64,000 nt of DNA from Anaeromyxobacteraceae bacterium (GTDB lineage Bacteria; Myxococcota; Myxococcia; Myxococcales; Anaeromyxobacteraceae), in NCBI GenBank assembly GCA_047602405.1, contig JASGHJ010000002.1, positions 256,001 through 320,000 of the forward strand, given 5' to 3'. A program made the position numbers and the translations under genes. Every line of letters starts with the position of its first letter. Position 1 is the stretch's first letter. The notes below the pieces were generated by a model. The model did not search any database. It was given only the letters and a program-made list of their open reading frames with translations, and was not told the origin of the DNA. Below, one piece after another: positions 23,365 through 33,216 of the stretch.

Positions 23365-23627
23365 GATCGTAGGCGGCCGGATCGCCGGGCCTCTCTGCCC
23401 CGCAGGGCCTTCGGCTGGCCCGCCCAAAGACGGAGCCGCGATCTGCACGGAGCGTGACAGCCGAGCCGGAGACGTCACCCTGGCGGCGGCGTCGCGCTCG
23501 GCTGGCACGCGTGGACGTGCCGCGGGTCTCCAGCAGCGCGGCGCCGTCTCCAGGATCCCTGCCGCGGCGGGCCTTTGCCCAACGGCCCGAGGAGCGGAGA
23601 GGCCCGGCGAGCCGGCCGCCCACGGTC
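23365..23627 (-). repeat. long imperfect-palindrome element, copy C
   Basis: Arms GGCGGCCGGATCGCCGGGCCTCTC / GAGAGGCCCGGCGAGCCGGCCGCC; inverted relative to copy A. Confidence 0.85.
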
Positions 23628-23646
23628 ACCCCTGAGAGGAAACGCG

Positions 23647-25258
23647 CTAGAGGAGCTTGAGCGTCGCCGGATACGTCGGGGCACGCCGGGCCTTCGCCGC
23701 CTGCTCGAAGGCGTACGCGAGGGCGAGCAGCCTCGGCTCGGACCACGCGCGGCCGAAGAACGACAGGCCCACCGGCAGCCCGCGGACGTCGCCGGCGGGG
23801 ACCGTGACGTGGGGCGTGCCCGCGACCGCGGCGAAGGTGGAGGAGGACGGGCCGAAGTGGTCGCCGTTCACGAGATCGGTCACCCAGGCCGGCCCGTCGG
23901 TCGGCCCGATGAAGGCGTCGAGCCGCTCCTTCTCGAGCCCCGCCTCGAGCTCCCGGCGGGCGGCCGCGCAGGCCTCCTTCGCGGCGAGGTACTCGGGCGC
24001 GTCGAGGCCGCCCTTCGCGGCGCCCTGCACGACGAGCTCCTGGCCGAACCAGGCGAGCTCCTCGGCGGCGTGGGCCTCGTTGAAGGCGGCGATGTCGGCG
24101 AGCCCGCGGAGCTTCCCGCCGCGGCGGGCGAGGTAGGCCGCCATGTCGGCCTTGTACTCGTGGAGCAGCACCTGCAGCTCGGCGGCCTCGTAGGACTTCG
24201 AGGTGAGCTCCACCTCGACGAGCGTCGCGCCGCGCGCGCGGAGGAGCTCGAAGGCGGCGCGCATCACCCGGTCGACCGCGGCGTGCTGGCCGAGGAGTCC
24301 TTTCACGACGCCGAGCCGGGCGCCCGCGAGCGCCCCGGCGTCGAGGCCTGCGAGGTAGTCCCGCGGGCCCGGCCGCCCCGCGGCGCCGGTCGCCGGGTCC
24401 TCGGGGTCCGCCCCGTCGAGCGCGCCGAGCAGGATCGCGGCGTCGCGGACCGAGCGCGCCATCGGCCCCGCGGTGTCCTGGCTGTGCGCGATGGGGATGA
24501 TGCCCGTCCGCGACACGAGCCCGATCGTCGGCTTCACGCCCACGAGCCCGCACAGGCTGGAGGGGCTCACGATCGAATCCGTCGGTCTCGGTCCCGACCG
24601 CGACCGGCACGAGGCTCGCGGCGACCGCGGCGGCGGAGCCGGAGGAGGAGCCGGAGCAGTTGCGGTCGAGGGCGTAGGGGTTCCGGGTGAGGCCGCCGCG
24701 CCCGCTCCAGCCGGAGGTCGAGCGGTCGCCGCGCAGGTTCGCCCACTCGGAGAGGTTGGTCTTCCCGAGCAGCACCGCCCCCGCGGCGCGGAGCCGCTCG
24801 ACGACGAACGCGTCCTTCGCCGGGCGGGGCGCGTCCACGAGCGCGAGCGAGCCGGCGGTGGTGAGCATGCGGTCGGCGCTGTCGACGTTCTCCTTCACGA
24901 GCACCGGGATGCCGTGGAGCGGCCCGCGCACCTTGCCGGCGGCGCGCTCCCGGTCGAGCGCCTCGGCGATGGCGAAGGCGTCGGGGTTGGTCTCGACGAC
25001 GGCGCGCAGCGCCGGGCCCCGACGGTCGACGGCCTCGATGCGGGCGAGGCACGCGTCCGCGAGCGCGCGGGCGGTGAGCTTGCCCGCGGCGAGCGCCGCG
25101 CCGAGGCCGGCGAGCGTCGCCTCCTCGAGCGCGGCCTCCGACCGCCGCACCGCGTGGTCGGGGGCGGCCGCGCGGGGCCGGGAGGCGCCCATCGCGAGCG
25201 AGCCACCGGCGGCGAGGGAGAGGCCGAGGAACGGCCGGCGGCCGAGGCGAGGCGGCAT
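23647..25258 (-). CDS. amidase signature family enzyme with Tat-like signal, apparent +1 frameshift at ~24576
   Basis: RRPFLG signal, GPLHGIPVLVKEN, GKTNLSEWAN, SGSSSGSAAAVAA, GTETDG(SIV) restored by removing one base. Confidence 0.9.
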
Positions 25259-25272
25259 GTGAACCTCCGTGG

Positions 25273-27159
25273 TCAGCGCGCGGGGGCGCGCGTGTTCCGG
25301 GGCGGGGCGAGGTCGATGGTCTGGCGCACGCGGAGCGCGAGCGCGTCCGGCGTGAAGGGCTTCGGCAGGAACGGTCCCTCGAGCGAGTCCGGGCCGTTCG
25401 CGAGGAAGCCGGAGATGAACAGGACCGGCAGCTCGGGGCGGAGCTGGCGGAGCTTCCGGGCGAGCGCGCGCCCGTCCATGCCCGGCATGGCGACGTCGGT
25501 CACGAGCAGGTCCACCCGCTCGAGGCCGGAGGCCGCGAGGTGGAGCGCGCCCTCGCCGTCGGCCGCGGTGAGGACGGCGTAGCCGCGCCGCTCGAGGGCG
25601 CGGGCGGCGAGCGCGCGGACGTTCGGGTCGTCCTCCACGAGGAGCACCGTCTCGGTGCCCCGCGGCGTCGCGGTCTCGGGCGCCGGGGCCGGCGCCTCGG
25701 CGGCCGCCTGGCGCGCGCGCGGCAGGAAGACGGAGATGCGCGTGCCGCGGCCGGGCGCGGAGCGCACGCCGATGGTGCCGCCGGCCTGCTGGACGATGCC
25801 CTGCGCGGCGGCGAGGCCGAGGCCGCTGCCGCGGCCGGGCGGCTTCGTGGTGAAGAAGGGCTCGAACATCCGCGCCCGCGTCCCGGCGTCCATGCCGTGG
25901 CCGGTGTCCTCGACCGAGATCCGCACCCACTCGCCCGCCGGGACCCGGCTCGCGTCCTCGCCGCGCGTCCCCATCCCGAGCACCTCGTTGGCGGTCTCGA
26001 GGCGGAGCGAGCCGCCCTCCGGCATCGCGTCGCGGGCGTTCACGATCAGGTTGAGGAGGAGCTGCTCGAGCTGGCCGGGGTCGATCACGACCATCCAGGG
26101 CTGCTCGGCGAGGGCCAGGCGCCGGTGGATGCGCGGCCCGAGGAGCGGGACCGCCATGCGGTCGAGCTGCACGAGCACCTGGTTCGGGTCGAGCACCTTC
26201 GCGGCCGAGGGCTGCCGGCGGGCGTAGGTGAGGAGCTGGCGGGTCAGGCGCGCGGCGCGCTCCGCCGCCTCGGTGGCCACGTCGGCGTCGTGGGCCGCCT
26301 CGGAGCCGGGCGGCAGGGCGTCGCGCACGAGGGCGACGTGCCCGATGACCGCGGTGAGGAGGTTGTTGAAGTCGTGGGCCAGGCCCCCGGCGAGCTGGCC
26401 GATGGTCTCCTGCCGCTGCGCGTCCTGCACCGCCCGGTCGCGGCGGAGGAGCTCCTCGGTGGCGCGCTCGGCGCGGCGGCGCTCGGTGCCGATCGACGCG
26501 GCGAGCATGCCCGCCGCGAACATGCCGTAGGTGAGGTGGACCACGAAGTAGGAGAGGTAGAGCGCCTCGCCGCTGCTCGTCCACGGGCTCGCGACGAAGA
26601 CCTCGACCGTCAGGTCCCACAGGTCGGAGAACGCGATCACCGCGAGGGAGAACCCGAGCAGGCGCGACGGCGGCGCGGTGTCCGCGCGCAGGACGAGCCA
26701 GGCCAGCGTGCCGGTGAGGCACAGGCCGATGGCGTAGGTGCGGAACGGGATCGCAATCCACCCCGGCCCGCCGGCGGCCACCCAGGCCTGCGTGCCGACG
26801 CTCAGGGAGGCGAGCCCGATCACCGCGACGGCGACGGCGACGAGCGAGCGCCACGGCGGCGGGCGGTGGCCCAGGAAGTCGAGCACGCCGAGGGCGAGGA
26901 ACGCGCGCGCCCCGAGCGCGCCGAAGGTCATGCCGGCGCGGGCGGCCACCCAGCCCGGCGAGTTGGGCGGGAAGCCCTGGTAGTTCATCCACCCGTCGAG
27001 GATCCAGACCCCGAGGTAGATCGCCCAGTAGGCCGACCACAGCAGCAGGTACCGCTGCCGGTAGAGGCGCCAGGTGTAGGCGAGCGCGAGCGCGAGGACG
27101 GCCGAGAAGGCCCCCGAGGAGACCACGCTCTGGACGATGGCTTCGCGCGCGCCGGACAT
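25273..27159 (-). CDS. membrane hybrid sensor histidine kinase/response regulator
   Basis: Multi-TM N-terminus, AHDFNNLLT H-box, NARDAM, DTGHGM, FEPFFTTK, receiver domain LLVEDD...TDVAMPGM. Confidence 0.92.
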   Translation of the reverse strand: MSGAREAIVQSVVSSGAFSAVLALALAYTWRLYRQRYLLLWSAYWAIYLGVWILDGWMNYQGFPPNSPGWVAARAGMTFGALGARAFLALGVLDFLGHRPPPWRSLVAVAVAVIGLASLSVGTQAWVAAGGPGWIAIPFRTYAIGLCLTGTLAWLVLRADTAPPSRLLGFSLAVIAFSDLWDLTVEVFVASPWTSSGEALYLSYFVVHLTYGMFAAGMLAASIGTERRRAERATEELLRRDRAVQDAQRQETIGQLAGGLAHDFNNLLTAVIGHVALVRDALPPGSEAAHDADVATEAAERAARLTRQLLTYARRQPSAAKVLDPNQVLVQLDRMAVPLLGPRIHRRLALAEQPWMVVIDPGQLEQLLLNLIVNARDAMPEGGSLRLETANEVLGMGTRGEDASRVPAGEWVRISVEDTGHGMDAGTRARMFEPFFTTKPPGRGSGLGLAAAQGIVQQAGGTIGVRSAPGRGTRISVFLPRARQAAAEAPAPAPETATPRGTETVLLVEDDPNVRALAARALERRGYAVLTAADGEGALHLAASGLERVDLLVTDVAMPGMDGRALARKLRQLRPELPVLFISGFLANGPDSLEGPFLPKPFTPDALALRVRQTIDLAPPRNTRAPAR

Positions 27160-27169
27160 CGAACGGGCA

Positions 27170-28003
27170 TCATCGCACACCCGGGGAGCCGGGATCCTCC
27201 CCACCCGGCCAATCGGCCGTGATCCGCGCGTAGTAGCGCTCGGCGCCGCGCGCGCTCGGGAGCGGCGTGAGGCCGAGCCGCGCGAGGTCCCAGCCCGGGG
27301 CGCCGTCCTTCACGACCACCCAGCGGCGTGCGACGCGCCGGGCCGCCGACACGGACCCAGAGTCGATGGGCGCCGGCTCGGCCAGCCGGCGGACCACGTC
27401 GAAGCCGCCCGGCTCGGCGCGCGCGTGCCGGAACATCGGATCGAAGACGACGACGTCGACGCTCGCGGTGGGCAGCCCCGCGAGGACCGCGGCGTGGTCG
27501 CCGGCGCGGACCTCGACCCGCGAGGCCGCGGGGTCGTCGAGGCGGCGCAGGCCCTCGTCCACCCACGCCGCGAGCGCCGGCGCCCGCTCGACGCCGATCA
27601 CGCGGCCGCCGGGCCCGACCGCCTCCGCCGCGACGAGCGCGTCGGCCCCGAGCCCCAGCGTCGCGTCGAGCACGTGGTCGCCCGGCCGGAGCGCGCACGC
27701 CTCGAGGAAGGGATCCCGGCGCGTGCCGCCGGGCGGGGCGCGCCCGGCGGCGACGTCGCGCAGCCGCTTCACCCTGAGCGCACCCATCCCGGGGGACCAC
27801 GGGTGCGCCTCGCCGTCGATCACGAGCAGGCTGCGGGTCCGGGACAGCACGAGCAGCGCCTCGACGCCGGCGGCGCTCCGGACCACCCCGAGGCCGGTGT
27901 TGCCCCGGGGCGCGTAGGCGACGCCGTGCCGCCGGGCCGCGTCGGCCGCGGCGGCCTCCTCGGCCGGCGACGGGCGGAGCGGGGTGGTGACGGCGAACCT
28001 CAC
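27170..28003 (-). CDS. class I SAM-dependent methyltransferase (RsmJ-like)
   Basis: VLDATLGLGADA, DVVVFDPMF, VARRWVVVK. Confidence 0.8.
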   Translation of the reverse strand: MRFAVTTPLRPSPAEEAAAADAARRHGVAYAPRGNTGLGVVRSAAGVEALLVLSRTRSLLVIDGEAHPWSPGMGALRVKRLRDVAAGRAPPGGTRRDPFLEACALRPGDHVLDATLGLGADALVAAEAVGPGGRVIGVERAPALAAWVDEGLRRLDDPAASRVEVRAGDHAAVLAGLPTASVDVVVFDPMFRHARAEPGGFDVVRRLAEPAPIDSGSVSAARRVARRWVVVKDGAPGWDLARLGLTPLPSARGAERYYARITADWPGGEDPGSPGVR

Positions 28004-28081
28004 CCCACCGTTGTCCCCGCCGCGGGCCCCGCCTGCAAGTCCGGCGCGCGCGCGGGCCCCGGCCGCGATAGAACGTCGGGC

Positions 28082-29086
28082 ATGAGCCTGCCCGTGCTCC
28101 CGATCCACGACCCGGTCGCCCACCCCGCCGCCGGCTCCGACCTCGCCCCCGACGCGGTCCGGGCGCTCGAGGAGGAGATCCGCGCCCTCGCGAAGCAGAA
28201 GGACGCGGTCATCCTCGCCCACAACTACCAGCTGCCCGAGGTGCAGCGGGTGGCCGACCACGTCGGCGACTCCCTGCAGCTCGCGATCACCGGCAAGCAG
28301 GTGCCGCAGTCGACCATCGTGTTCTGCGGCGTGCACTTCATGGCCGAGTCGGCGTGCGTGCTCGCGCCCGGCAAGCGGGTGCTCCTGCCCAACCTCTCGG
28401 CCGGCTGCTCGCTCGCGGACTCCATCACGCCCGAGTCGCTCGAGGACTGGAAGGAGCGGTACCCGGGCCACGCCGTCGTCACCTACGTGAACTCGACGGC
28501 GGAGGTGAAGGCGCTCTCCGACGTCTGCTGCACGAGCGCCAACGCCGCCTCGGTGGTGCGCTCGCTCCCGGAGCAGAAGATCCTCTTCACCCCCGACCGC
28601 AACCTCGGCGCCTGGGTGAAGGCGAAGGTCCCCGAGAAGGAGGTCGTGGTCTACGACGGCGCGTGCCCGGTGCACGACGTGCTCCGCTCGTCGAACGTCG
28701 AGAAGGTGAAGCGGGACCGGCCCGAGGCGGTGATCATCGCCCACCCGGAGTGCCGCGCCGACGTCCTCGAGATCGCGGACGAGGTCTGCTCGACCACGGC
28801 GATGCTGGGCGCGGTCGGGCGCCACCCGTCGGCGAGGACCTTCATCGTCGCGACCGAGCACGGCATCGTGCACCAGATGCGCACCCGCTACCCCGACAAG
28901 GAGTTCGTGATCGCGGACGGCTGCCTCGGGTGCCGCATGCACTGTCCGTACATGAAGATGATCGACCTCGTGATGGTCCGGGACGCGCTCCTGCGCGAGC
29001 GCCACGTGATCACGGTGCCGGACGACGTCGCCGCCGGCGCCCGCCGCGCCCTGGAGCGGATGATCGCGGTCCCCCGGGACGCCTGA
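28082..29086 (+). CDS. nadA: quinolinate synthase
   Basis: ILAHNYQ, FCGVHFMAES, AGCSLA, YVNS, CPVH, AHPEC, CPYMK. Confidence 0.96.
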   Translation: MSLPVLPIHDPVAHPAAGSDLAPDAVRALEEEIRALAKQKDAVILAHNYQLPEVQRVADHVGDSLQLAITGKQVPQSTIVFCGVHFMAESACVLAPGKRVLLPNLSAGCSLADSITPESLEDWKERYPGHAVVTYVNSTAEVKALSDVCCTSANAASVVRSLPEQKILFTPDRNLGAWVKAKVPEKEVVVYDGACPVHDVLRSSNVEKVKRDRPEAVIIAHPECRADVLEIADEVCSTTAMLGAVGRHPSARTFIVATEHGIVHQMRTRYPDKEFVIADGCLGCRMHCPYMKMIDLVMVRDALLRERHVITVPDDVAAGARRALERMIAVPRDA

Positions 29087-29194
29087 GCCGGCGCCCGCGG
29101 GGTCGCCCTCGGGCCCGCCGCCGGGCGCGGACCAACTGGGGCTGTGCGTCCGAGCGCAGGACGCCCCGCGGCGGGCGCGTTATCGTCCTCGAGG

Positions 29195-29668
29195 ATGCAC
29201 CTCGTGCCGCGCGAGACCCTGACGGTGGAGCTCGGGCTCCCGCCGGGCGTCGCGCGGGCGGCCCTGCGGCGGATGATCGAGACGGCCGAGCCGCCGGCGC
29301 TGTTCCGCGCCGGCGACGGCCTCGCCGGCGAGGAGGTCGGCGGCGAGCTGATCGTGCGGATCGTGCCGGCGGCCGGCTCCATGGCGCTCTTCGAGGCGCG
29401 CGCGCGCGTCGAGCCCACCGAGGCGGGCTCGCGGGTGCGGCTCCTCGTGGGCCCGCGGCCGGGTGCGACCTCGTTCTTCTGGTCGCTCGGCTCGCTCGTC
29501 GTGTCGGCGGGGATCGTGCTCCTCGTGTTCGGCCACCCGGCGGGTGCGGTGACGCTGTGCCTGCCGCTCCTCGGCTGGTGGGGCCGGTTCGTGGGCGAGA
29601 GCGTACGCCTCGTCCGCGTCGTCCGGGGGCTCGCGGGCGGTCGCACGCGGGCAGTTCTCTTTCGGTGA
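29195..29668 (+). CDS. hypothetical membrane protein
   Basis: Two C-terminal hydrophobic segments; GAGG before ATG. Confidence 0.55.
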   Translation: MHLVPRETLTVELGLPPGVARAALRRMIETAEPPALFRAGDGLAGEEVGGELIVRIVPAAGSMALFEARARVEPTEAGSRVRLLVGPRPGATSFFWSLGSLVVSAGIVLLVFGHPAGAVTLCLPLLGWWGRFVGESVRLVRVVRGLAGGRTRAVLFR

Positions 29669-29729
29669 AGTGCCGGAAATGCCCTGGAATGACGGGTTGA
29701 TGCCGTCCCGGTGGGCGCGGTCCGTCGGT

Positions 29730-29758
29730 TTGACACCCTCCCGGGCACCGGCTATGGA
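29730..29758 (+). promoter_or_regulatory. candidate sigma70 promoter, probably leaderless transcript
   Basis: TTGACA-17-TATGGA, 6 nt before GTG 29765. Confidence 0.55.
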
Positions 29759-29764
29759 TTCCCC

Positions 29765-31408
29765 GTGAACCGGCTCAAGGTGTGGATCTTCACGCTGCTC
29801 GTCGTGGCCGCCGGCGCCGCCGCGCTCCTGTCGCACGCGAGCGGGGAGAAGGCCGCGGCGCTCGCCGCCCTCGACGCCCGCCTCGCGGGCGCGGCCGCCC
29901 AGGCGGGCGTCGCGCTCCGCGCGAGCCTCCGCGAGACCGCCGGCGCCGCCGCGCTCGCCGCCCGCGATCCCGCGCTCCGCGCCGCGCTCGCGCCGCGCGC
30001 CGAGCCCGCCCCGCTGCCGCGTCGAGGGGTGAAGGCCCCGCCGCCGCCGCCGGTCGAGCCCGCCCAGGACGACGCCGCGCAGTCCGCGGCCGCCGCCGCG
30101 GCGCTGGAGGGCGCCGAGCGGGCGCTCGGCGCGCCGCTCTCCCCGGGCCGGACGATCTCCGCCGCGAACGCGGCGGCCCTCGCGCGCCGCCCGGTCGGCG
30201 GCGACGCCGACGCGCTCCTCCGTGGCGCCGTCGAGGGCACCGCGCGCGCGGCGTTCGCGCGCGCCGACGGCAAGCTCCTCGCCGCCGCGGGCGCCCCCGC
30301 GGGCGAGGCGGCCGGCGTGGTGGTGCTCGCGCCGGTCGGCGACGCGTGGGCGCGCGCCCTCTCGTCGACGGCGGGCGTCGAGGTCACCGTGGCGGGGACC
30401 GAGCTCAAGCCGGCGGGCAACGCCCCCCCCGCCGACGCGCAGGCGATCGTCGCCGCCGCCACGAGGGCGGGCGGGAAGCCCGTGGACGTCGGCGAGATGG
30501 GGAAGGTCGACGTGGTCGGCCGCGCGCTCCCCGTCGTGCTCCCGCGGCTCGGCCTCCTCGGCGGCGCCCCGGCGCACCGCGCCCTGGCGATCCCCGTCGA
30601 GGGGCTGAAGGGCGCGGCCCTCGTGCTCTCGGCGCAGGCCGGCCCGGCGCTCGCCGCGACCGCGGCGCTCCAGTGGCGCGGCCTCGCGCTCCTCGCCGGG
30701 CTGCTCCTCGTCGGCCTCGTCTTCGGCTTCCTCGTGAAGCCCTCCGAGATCGTCTCGGCCGTGCCGGAGCCGCTCCTGCAGGCCGCGGACAAGATCGAGC
30801 GCGGCGACTTCAGCGCCCGGGCCCCGCCCCTCGCCGGCAAGCTCGGCACCCTCGCGAACGCCCTCAACCGCGCGGCCCACGCCGCGGAGGGCGTCGGGCG
30901 CGAGCCGGCGGTCCCGGTCCCGGGCACCGCGACCCACGAGCTCTTCCAGGAGCCGCCCCCGCCGCCGGAGGCGGAGCCGTCCGCCTTCGACTTCCCGTCG
31001 CGCCCGCCGCGACAGAAGGCGGCCGAGCCGGGCCTGTCCGGCGATCCGTTTCAGGCCGCGCCGGTCCGCCCGGCCACCTCGCCGGGCTTCGAGGCTCCCG
31101 CGGCCGCCCCGGCGCCGCCGCCTCGCGCCGCCCCGCCGCCGATCCCGGACGCGAGGATGACCCGCACGATGCCGGCCGTCACCGGCCCGGACGACGAGTC
31201 CTCGCACTGGCAGCAGGTGTTCCAGGACTTCGTCCGCACCCGCGCCGAGTGCGGCGAGCCCTCCGAGGGGCTCACCTTCGAGCGCTTCCGCGCGAAGCTG
31301 GAGTCGAACAAGGCGACGCTGGTGGCGAAGTACCAGTGCCGGACCGTGCGATTCCAGGTCTACGTGAAGGAAGGCAAGGCGGCGCTGAAGGCGACGCCGG
31401 TCAGGTAG
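29765..31408 (+). CDS. MXAN_5187-like membrane protein (HAMP-like region, Pro-rich linker, conserved C-terminal domain)
   Basis: Two TM segments, HAMP-like LLQAADKIERGDFSAR, C-terminal LTFERFRAKL...VRFQVYVKEGKAALKATP. Confidence 0.75.
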   Translation: MNRLKVWIFTLLVVAAGAAALLSHASGEKAAALAALDARLAGAAAQAGVALRASLRETAGAAALAARDPALRAALAPRAEPAPLPRRGVKAPPPPPVEPAQDDAAQSAAAAAALEGAERALGAPLSPGRTISAANAAALARRPVGGDADALLRGAVEGTARAAFARADGKLLAAAGAPAGEAAGVVVLAPVGDAWARALSSTAGVEVTVAGTELKPAGNAPPADAQAIVAAATRAGGKPVDVGEMGKVDVVGRALPVVLPRLGLLGGAPAHRALAIPVEGLKGAALVLSAQAGPALAATAALQWRGLALLAGLLLVGLVFGFLVKPSEIVSAVPEPLLQAADKIERGDFSARAPPLAGKLGTLANALNRAAHAAEGVGREPAVPVPGTATHELFQEPPPPPEAEPSAFDFPSRPPRQKAAEPGLSGDPFQAAPVRPATSPGFEAPAAAPAPPPRAAPPPIPDARMTRTMPAVTGPDDESSHWQQVFQDFVRTRAECGEPSEGLTFERFRAKLESNKATLVAKYQCRTVRFQVYVKEGKAALKATPVR

Positions 31409-31433
31409 ACGGACGGAGGCCGATTCGGAGACG

Positions 31434-31480
31434 GATCCGGATCCCGATCCGGATCCCGATCCGTTCCGGTCCCCGCTCCC
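31434..31480. repeat. hexamer microsatellite (GATCCS)n between convergent genes
   Basis: GATC at 31434, 31440, 31446, 31452 and 31458, then degenerate units. Confidence 0.7.
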
Positions 31481-31482
31481 GC

Positions 31483-33216
31483 TCACCCCGCCGCCGCCTG
31501 CTCCTCCGCGACCGGCAGGGTCAGCGTGAACGCCGCCCCGCCCGCCCGGCTCCGGTATTCCAGCGCCCCGCCGTGCTCCTCGGCGATTCTCCGCGCGATC
31601 GCGAGGCCCAGGCCGGTCCCGCCTTCCTTGGTCGTGAAGTACGGCTCGAACAGCTTCGGCAGATCCTCGGCCGGGACGCCCGGCCCCGTGTCGGCGACCG
31701 TGATCGCCACCTGGCCCTCGGCGAGGCCCTGCGCGGACACCGTGACCTCGCCGCCCCGGCTGCCCATCGCCTCGAGCGCGTTCCGGACGAGGTTCAGGAG
31801 GACCTGCAGGACCTGATCCCGGTCCGCGAGCACGCGCGGCAGGCCCGGCTCGACCTCGCGCCGCAGCGTCACGCCCGCGGGCGGCTCCGGGAAGAGCGCG
31901 AGGACCGCCTGCACGAGGTCCTCGGGCGACGCGGGCGCGCGCTCGGGCGGCGGCAGCCGGGCGAAGCGGCCGAACTCGTCGACGATCTTCTTGAGGCGCC
32001 GGACCTCCTCGCCGATGGCGCGCGTGGACTCGTCGAAGATCTCGCCGAAGTCGGCGCGGCCGGCCTCCTTCGCGTCGCGGAGCGTCTCGACGCTCATCGC
32101 GATGGGCGTGAGCGGGTTCTTGATCTCGTGCGCGAGCCGGCGGGCCACCTCGCGCCAGGCGGCGACGCGCTCGGCCTGCGCGAGCCGGGCGCGGCCGAGC
32201 GCGAGCTCGGCGGACATCGCGTCGAACGCGGTGACGAGCTCGCCGACCTCGCCCGAGGCCGTCACGCCGACCCGGGCGCCGAGCTCGCCCGCCGCGACGC
32301 GCGCGGCGGCGGCGCGCAGGGCGTCGATGGGGCTCGTGACCCGCCGGGCGAGGAGCGCCCCGGCGATGCCCGCCGCGAGGCTGCCGAGGAGGAGCGCCGA
32401 GAGGAACGCCGCGAGCACGCCGAGCTGGGCGCGCCACAGGCCCGCCGAGCCGAGCCGCACCTCGACCGTGCCGGCCTCCGCGCCGGGCGCGCCGACCCGC
32501 ACCGGGCGGGCGGAGAGGCCGGGGCCGCCCAGCACCGCCTGCACCCGCCGGGCGAGGGGCGAGAGCTCGGGCGACGCCGCCTCGGCCGCCGCGAGCTCCG
32601 CACCGTCGGGCGCCGTCACCCGCACCGAGCCGCCGGTGAGCGCGGCGAGGCGGGCCGCCCGCTCCGGGCCGAGCGCGAGCCCGCCCGCGAGCCGGAGGCC
32701 GCCGGGGCCCGCGAGCGGGAACCACGCCACCTGGGCGAGCACCCGGGCGACGCCGTCCGGGCCCGCGCGCTCCACGAGCGCCGCGGCGGCGCGACCGGCG
32801 GGCAGGCGCGTGAGGCGCGCGGCGTCCGGGTCGAGGTCGCCGGCGCGGCCGGGCATGTGGCCCGAGGCGATCACCCGGCCCTCCGGATCGAGCACCGCGA
32901 GCACGTCGAGGCCGCGCGCCGTCATCCAGCCCGCGGCGAGCTCCTGCGCCGTGGCCGGGTCGAGCGTGCCGGATGCGAGGTCGCGGGCGAGCGCCTCCGC
33001 CTCCGGGCCGCCGGCGAGCTCCCGGACCGCGACGGACGCGCCGGCGGCGAGCCGGTCGAGCTCGCCCTCCACCGCGAGGGCGGCGCGGTCGAGGCGGGCG
33101 GCGTGCTCGGCGGCGAGCGAGGCCGAGAGCGCGCGCGACACCGGGACGAGCGCGGCCGCGAGCGGCACGGCCGCGAAGAGCGCGAAGGCGAGGCCGAGGC
33201 GAGCGCGCAGGCTCAC
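31483..33216 (-). CDS. NtrY-like HAMP sensor histidine kinase
   Basis: AWREVARRLAHEIKNPLTPI, NLVRNALEAM, DTGPG, FEPYFTTK, GTGLGL; GTG overlaps the upstream TGA. Confidence 0.9.
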   Translation of the reverse strand: MSLRARLGLAFALFAAVPLAAALVPVSRALSASLAAEHAARLDRAALAVEGELDRLAAGASVAVRELAGGPEAEALARDLASGTLDPATAQELAAGWMTARGLDVLAVLDPEGRVIASGHMPGRAGDLDPDAARLTRLPAGRAAAALVERAGPDGVARVLAQVAWFPLAGPGGLRLAGGLALGPERAARLAALTGGSVRVTAPDGAELAAAEAASPELSPLARRVQAVLGGPGLSARPVRVGAPGAEAGTVEVRLGSAGLWRAQLGVLAAFLSALLLGSLAAGIAGALLARRVTSPIDALRAAAARVAAGELGARVGVTASGEVGELVTAFDAMSAELALGRARLAQAERVAAWREVARRLAHEIKNPLTPIAMSVETLRDAKEAGRADFGEIFDESTRAIGEEVRRLKKIVDEFGRFARLPPPERAPASPEDLVQAVLALFPEPPAGVTLRREVEPGLPRVLADRDQVLQVLLNLVRNALEAMGSRGGEVTVSAQGLAEGQVAITVADTGPGVPAEDLPKLFEPYFTTKEGGTGLGLAIARRIAEEHGGALEYRSRAGGAAFTLTLPVAEEQAAAG

